NCBI RefSeq assembly: GCF_000142905.1
Contig: NW_013657679.1
Coordinates: 652,228-716,227 of the forward strand
Reading direction: 5' to 3'
From: Thecamonas trahens ATCC 50062
Lineage: Eukaryota; Protista; Apusomonadida
Length of the DNA: 64,000 bases
Below, in pieces: positions 58,701-64,000 of the stretch (position 1 is the first letter of the stretch; each line of letters begins with the position of its first letter). Made by a program: the position numbers and the translations under genes. Under the pieces are notes generated by a model, which saw only the letters and a list, made by a program, of their open reading frames with translations, did no database searches and was not told the origin of the DNA.

Positions 58701-60690
58701 CGCGCCGGCATCGTGGCAATCTACAGACTCGAGCGCCGGGCTATGCCCGCAAGCGGGGAATCAGTCAGGAAGAATGATGATTCATTGAAGCGGCTGGCGT
58801 GTAGTCGCTACTCCTTGGCTCTCACTCTCACGCCAGTACCCATCTCGGGTCGTCGCTCAATACGACAGCTCTGCTCGACGCGAGGACTCGAGCGCCGGGC
58901 TATGCCCGCAAGCGGGGAATCAGTCAGGAAGAATGATGATTCATTGAAGCGGCTGGCGTGTAGTCGAGTGCCGCACCGCCGCGGCGTTGACACGCTGAGA
59001 GACGCGCCGAGCGGCGAGCACATGCACTCTACTGCGTCCGGGTGGGAGACGGCAGCTTGCGGCTCAACGCCGAGCTCCGGGTGGTGTGCTATGAGGGTGA
59101 GCATGTGAGCGTGGCGGCTCTCGCCTGGGTGGTTTTGGTCACGATCTGCTGCGGCTTTCCAGTTTGGATGTTCTTTACCGGCATCAGCATGTTCCGAGCG
59201 CTGCGGGCGTTCAACATGATGGTCATCGACATGGCGTTCGAGTCGTACGGCTTTCTCCTTCACGGCCTCAAGCCGCCGTTCTTTTGGTTCCGCGCGCTGC
59301 AGTTTGTCTCGACCTTTGCGTTTGTGACCGAGACTGTTCTTCTGGAGCGGACCGGGACGCGGTTCTTTGCCACCATCATCAACTTTGCCGTAACCATGCT
59401 GCTGGTGGCTCTGCTGAATCCGTTCCGCTCGCAGCTGCAGACAACGCTGTCGATTACTGCAGGTCTGGCATCGTCAGGTCAGCTTATGTACTTTTTGTAT
59501 GAGGAAGACTTGCGTTTGTTTGGTATTTCGGTCATTCTCCAGGTGTTGTTCGTGGTTGCATGCCTTGGCTTGCTCACACTGCACCTTGCCCGGAGGCGGA
59601 GGCGCGACATGGTCAAACCTGAGGAGTACGGCGTGGCGAAACAGGCATTGTCGTCATCGTCATCGTCATCGTCGTCATCGCCATCATCGTCATCATTATC
59701 GTCATCGTCGTCGTCATCGTCATCGTCGTCATCGCCAGCAACGGCGGTGTCGACAAAGCCCGATCGCTCGGTTGCCAAGTCGTTCAGTACATCCAAGGTA
59801 TTGCCGCAACTCCCTGCGGTCGTCGCAGCTGGCTCGGCGCCCGTAGCGTCATCGGTCGAGATGGAGACTACGAGCGGCGAGATTGGAAAGCATGCGTTGT
59901 CGTTTTCAAGCAGCGACTCTCTGTTTGACGTGCTGTCGACGCCTCGTGTTGACTCGACACCGGTCGCGACGTCGGACACAAAGGTCCGAGGCAAGACAAT
60001 AGTCGACACGGTCGCGGCAGTCACAGCCGCACAAGACGCGGCAACAGCAGTCATCGGCGGCGAGGCCACCAGGCGGACCAGGCACGCAAGGCGATCCATT
60101 CGGCTCCTTTGCGCCTTGACCGATCCCAATCGCACGGGCAACTGGGGGAAGCGCCTGGTCACAAGCCACGGAGCCTGCGAGCAGTGGCGGCGTCGAAAGC
60201 AGCGGAGCTGCTGCCATGTGAGAATCTGCCCATGGCCAGCTTCTCGACTCGCAAGGGCGATGTGGCCGAGGACATCACCAGTCCGGTGGCGTCGCGGAGC
60301 AGGTCGCGGAACCGATCCTCGCGGCGGTCACGACACAAGCCGCGCGTGCCAGATACCCGCTGTGGCAGCGGTGGTTCACACCCGGACCGGCGCCGGCGCC
60401 GGCGGACACATCGTGAAGGCAGCCGGCACCGACAGTCCCGGTTGGCCTCGCCGGAGTCGGTGGACGAGTTGACGGCGAGTGGACTGGAGAGCGGAACGAG
60501 CCCGACTGGCAGTCCGCGGTTTGCTGATAATGTCAGCCCTCGGATGTCGACTGGCCGGCGGGTTTCTCGTTCGAGCACCATGCCGGACGGTGTCTCGCCG
60601 CGGTCCAGGCTGGTTGGGTCGCCCAAGCTAAGGAAGGTCACTGGACATGGGGAGCGGCTGCGGCCGAAGCCAGATATGCTTGATCATTGA
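55775..60690 (+). CDS. large cell-surface protein (signal peptide, pectin-lyase-like beta-helix, EGF-like, Pro linker, IPT-like, Cys-rich, multi-TM domain, Ser/Arg tail); interrupted at ~58720-59020, probable frameshift ~60070
   Basis: GGA/GGG..N repeats, CAPGYSGVRC, CPGG..WP..GYW..C..P.AC, C..GFSG.FC..C..NYY. TM domain with C..GDG.L......CY..H and YGFL..LK..F.W. ORFs 55775..58777 and 59042..60472 are in the same frame. Confidence 0.8.
58726..58807 (+). repeat. 82-bp direct repeat, copy 1 (potential structured RNA)
   Basis: gactcgagcgccgggctatgcccgcaagcggggaatcagtcaggaagaatgatgattcattgaagcggctggcgtgtagtcg, identical to 58885..58966. Confidence 0.97.
58885..58966 (+). repeat. 82-bp direct repeat, copy 2
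   Basis: Identical to 58726..58807; period 159 bp; unique 77-bp spacer at 58808..58884. Confidence 0.97.
59651..59735 (+). repeat. (TCR)n poly-Ser coding tract
   Basis: tcgtcatcgtcatcg... Confidence 0.9.
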
Positions 60691-60915
60691 ATTGCGTTGG
60701 TTGTGGCGTGCGTGGTGTTGATCTCACAGATGTTGGTAGGGGGGTGTTAGATGGGCAGGAGAGGGGAACGGCCTGGTCCATGGTTTGGCAGGTTGACTGG
60801 CGTCGTGGCACAGCGACCGACGAGAGGGGGCGGGCGAGAGCAACGCAAGACTTGAGTACTTGGCTGTGACCAGACCACCACAACGGAGTGAAGCAGGCCT
60901 GGAGTACAAAGGAAC

Positions 60916-63185
60916 ATGCGGCTGACACTACGTCATGGCGTGGTAGCCTTCATTGCGGTCGCGCTTGTCCACAACCTGGCGAGTATGTACTTGGCTCGCG
61001 GGCCTAGGACGACCAGCCCGCCGACATGGGCATCTGGCGCAGGCGGCGGACCAGCCAGGGGCAAGGGTGACGGAAGAACAGCAGGACTATTGCCGTCGCC
61101 ATTGCCTCCACCCCCACTGCCACCGTCGCGGCCACGACCACGACCACTGCCACCGCCGTCGTCGCCGCCTTTGCCGCCGCCGCCGACGCCACCGTCGCCG
61201 CCGCCACCACCGTCACCACCGCCGCCGGCCAGGCGTCTTGATTCAAGATATCCTGGGGCTGCGACACATCCCGAGGCAAATCCACAGGGCGTGGGGCCGT
61301 ACGAGCTGGAGCCACAGTCCGGACCGGCGCACGCTGTGCCGCCGCCAGAGCAGCTGATGTCTGACCCACCGGCCGAGTCGCGCAAGCCAGGGTGGATGGC
61401 GGTGTGCGAGAGCGTGTGCGCCGGCGACGCGGAGCCGCCAATAGTGCCGAAATCGCATGACGACAACAGTCAGCTCGCGGGAACATGCTGGAGTACAACG
61501 GATGGGGTTCGCAGGCCTGTAGCGCGGCCATCGGCGGCTGAGGCGTGGCAGTCGCGGTGGAAGTGCCGGGGCGGCTCAGTGTTCAACCGGACGTGCCTTT
61601 TTGAGAACGTATGCCTCGATCACAGCTACCCAAGCCGAGACCGGTTCGGGATGCGGTTTGTTGCGTTTGTACCGGATGATGTGCTGGCGACCATCCCGAC
61701 TCACCCGTGTCTGATCGGACAGGAGAAGCCGGGAGACACGAGATTGCCGTGCGTGTCTGTTGATGCGTTTCTCCTCCCCACAACCCGCCGCTCGAGGTTG
61801 TGGTCCTGCCTGCATCGGATGCGCCGGATCCTGAAAAGGTGACGTGGTACGGCAGTGAGAACGAGACCTCGCTTCTGTTTGACACGTTTCAGCCGCATGT
61901 GCACGGGCACGCGATATTTGATGGGCTCTACTCAGTATATTCTTTGGCAGTTGGCCATGGGCTCCAAACGGCGTCATCGCCCCCCGGGCTCGACAAAGAG
62001 CATATTCGGCTCGTTTCGGCGCTACCGCGGGCACGACATGTGGGCAAGTTTGAGGACAATATGGCGGCGCCAGTTCTCAACGAAGCGTGGCCACTGTTCA
62101 CATCCAGTCCAATGATGGACCCGGATATTCTCGCGGCAGAGGCAGGCACGTCTCAGTACACGTGTTTCCCGGCGCTTGCGACCGGGCTCGGTGGGCGGTC
62201 GTACTGGAGCAACGATCGGTGGTGCAATATTTCGCCACGGCAATCGCCAGAGCTAGATCACCCGGCACGGTGCGACCAGTCGATCCACGACGGATTTGTC
62301 GGGTTCCTCCGCGGCGTGAGTGATACAACACCGGCCGAGGTGGCAGAGAAGGCGGCGAAACGGCGGCGAGACGGCGGGGTGCTCAACGTGGTCATTGTCA
62401 ACAGGCTCAACAACCGCAAGTTTGTCAACATCGGGGCCATCGAAGCCGAGCTCAACGCCGCGTACAACAAGAGCGTCAATATCCAAGTGGTGGCGTTTGA
62501 GCGACTCTCAATTGCTGAGCAGGCAATGGTGTGCGAAGAGGCGGATATCTATGTGGCCTATGCCGGGTCGTCACTGGCCAACACGGTGTTTCTCCCGCCA
62601 CATTCGGTGGTGATCATCATCTCTTCACTCTTCTACGAGACGGCAGCGTGTGGGTTTGACCGCCTGATCACGGACCTTGGGCACTACAACATCTCGTACA
62701 TCGAACGGCGTGCGCAGTTTGTTGATCCACGCCCACAGAGCCCAGAGCTCTACACTGAGGTTGTGCGGTGGTTTGCGCACGAGCAGGCGGTGTATGGGGC
62801 TTGGCAAAAGAGCGAGCCAAGCACAAAGAGGCTAGGCGACTACCGGGCGTACTCGCTGGTGCTCGAGAGCGATCGGATCAAGGCCATGATTGACGCCGGA
62901 AGCGCACTGGTTCGCGGCAAGTACCCCGGAGCGCCAACGCCAGGCATGTGGGCAGCGGAGCCTCTGCGGTACTGGAACACGGAGATGTGGCGCAAGACGA
63001 CGGACCGATTTGATTACGGCGAGTCGCTTGGTGGAGTGGTGCACATCCCGCCTAACGACGAGGACGAGCTTGCACGGCCGCTGCACGAGGCGTGGGGCCC
63101 GTACTTTGCACAGATGCGACGGCCAGACGGGATCCGGTCCCACATGGAGCCGCGGTACGAGTTCTGTGCGTGCGATGCAAAGTAG
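60916..63185 (+). CDS. GT61-family glycosyltransferase (EOGT/POMGNT2-like), type II membrane; apparent frameshift ~61768-61779
   Basis: N-terminal TM and Pro stalk, CLFENVCL, HVHGHAIFD, IVNR..NRKFVN, FERLSIAEQ..EADIYVAYAGSSLANTVFLPP.SVVI. Confidence 0.8.
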
Positions 63186-64000
63186 TTGTGCAAATGGCGT
63201 AGATGCGGTGCGCAGCGGTGGACTCGTTGATGGGCCCGGGAGGAGAGGTCAGCAGCACCTTCGAAGGGACACCGGGCCAACAGCTTGAGCCTGAGCCGGC
63301 AGAACTCGGATTCTGGAATACTGCAGCTGTGGATTGGACATTGTGCAAGGGCGTAGTGTGTATATGTAGTACGGCAGTAATGAAATCCAATTGGCCATAT
63401 CTTGCAATGAGTGTGATGGGGGTTGTGTGCGGGGTCGAGACGTCGAGGACGTGCTCAACCACCTAGGGGGAAAACAAGTCGACACGGAAATGAGCCGAGG
63501 TGGATGGATATCGATGATGGCGATATTGGTACTGATGCTAGTGTGGGGCGAGTGATGACCGTGGGTGTGGTCGCGGGATGCGTAGCTAGTAGTGGGAAGG
63601 AGCTGGGTGGTGATGAAGGTGGGCTGATCGGGCAAGCGTGCGACGGCTGGCAGCTGGTGGTCGACGAGGCAGAGGCAGCTGAGGAGGCGGGGTCAGGGCT
63701 GGGTGGCTCGAGATTGGTATTGGTTGGTGGATGGGCAGTAAGGCATGTGATGGTTGACGGATGGCGGTGTCGGGGTCGGGCGAGAGGATGGGGGTGAGTT
63801 GGAGGAGAGGAGGAGGAGGACGAGGAGGAAGAGGAAGCGGAGTGCGCGATGGGATGGTGGTGAGGATGGCCAAGGCAAGGTGGTTGTGATTGTAGCTAGG
63901 ATGATAGTGATGGTAGTGGGGTAGGGGGTGGGGGTGGTCGTTTGTGGTGACGGGTGGTAATGAGTATGGTAGGGGGGGATGAGGGGGTCGTCACGTGGGT

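Noticed and set aside
58726-58966. CRISPR array, hammerhead ribozyme, C/D snoRNA or tRNA as the identity of the 82-bp repeat
   Set aside because: The repeat is too long for CRISPR and there are no cas genes. It has AUGAUGA/GAAG rather than the hammerhead CUGAnGA/GAAA core. A C-box-like AUGAUGA is present but there is no terminal CUGA D box. There is no tRNA T-loop.
58673-59013. CGCTCGGC/GCCGAGCG as terminal inverted repeats of the cassette
   Set aside because: Only 8 bp and GC-rich. The left copy lies in apparently native coding sequence and there is no target-site duplication.
63190-64000. Possible minus-strand exon (VEHVLDVSTPHTTPITLIARYGQLDF...)
   Set aside because: Low complexity, no recognisable domain, and the structure cannot be resolved at the window edge.

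Overview
GC-rich, gene-dense eukaryotic nuclear DNA with very few introns and three assembly gaps. The style resembles an apusomonad such as Thecamonas trahens, but that is inference only. About 25 protein genes are present: malic enzyme, a SETD3-like methyltransferase, GCN2, PRMT5, an ELMOD protein, an enoyl reductase, a sulfotransferase-like protein, DOCK-C, a CK2-like kinase, AOX, a FERM protein, a TANGO2-Nudix fusion, CstF64, a giant CAP-Gly protein, WDR59, IVD, CPSF30, DUF924, an FKBP/TPR protein, histone H4 with a 3' stem-loop, a large beta-helix multi-TM surface protein and a GT61 glycosyltransferase. The most anomalous element is a ~300-bp cassette at ~58720-59020. It has two identical 82-bp repeats that can fold into a three-way junction, separated by a 77-bp unique spacer. 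It interrupts the surface-protein gene, leaves the flanking halves in the same frame, and sits where a transmembrane helix is expected. About seven single-base-missing frameshifts, mostly in G/C runs, break conserved genes; these are probably sequencing undercalls but are testable.
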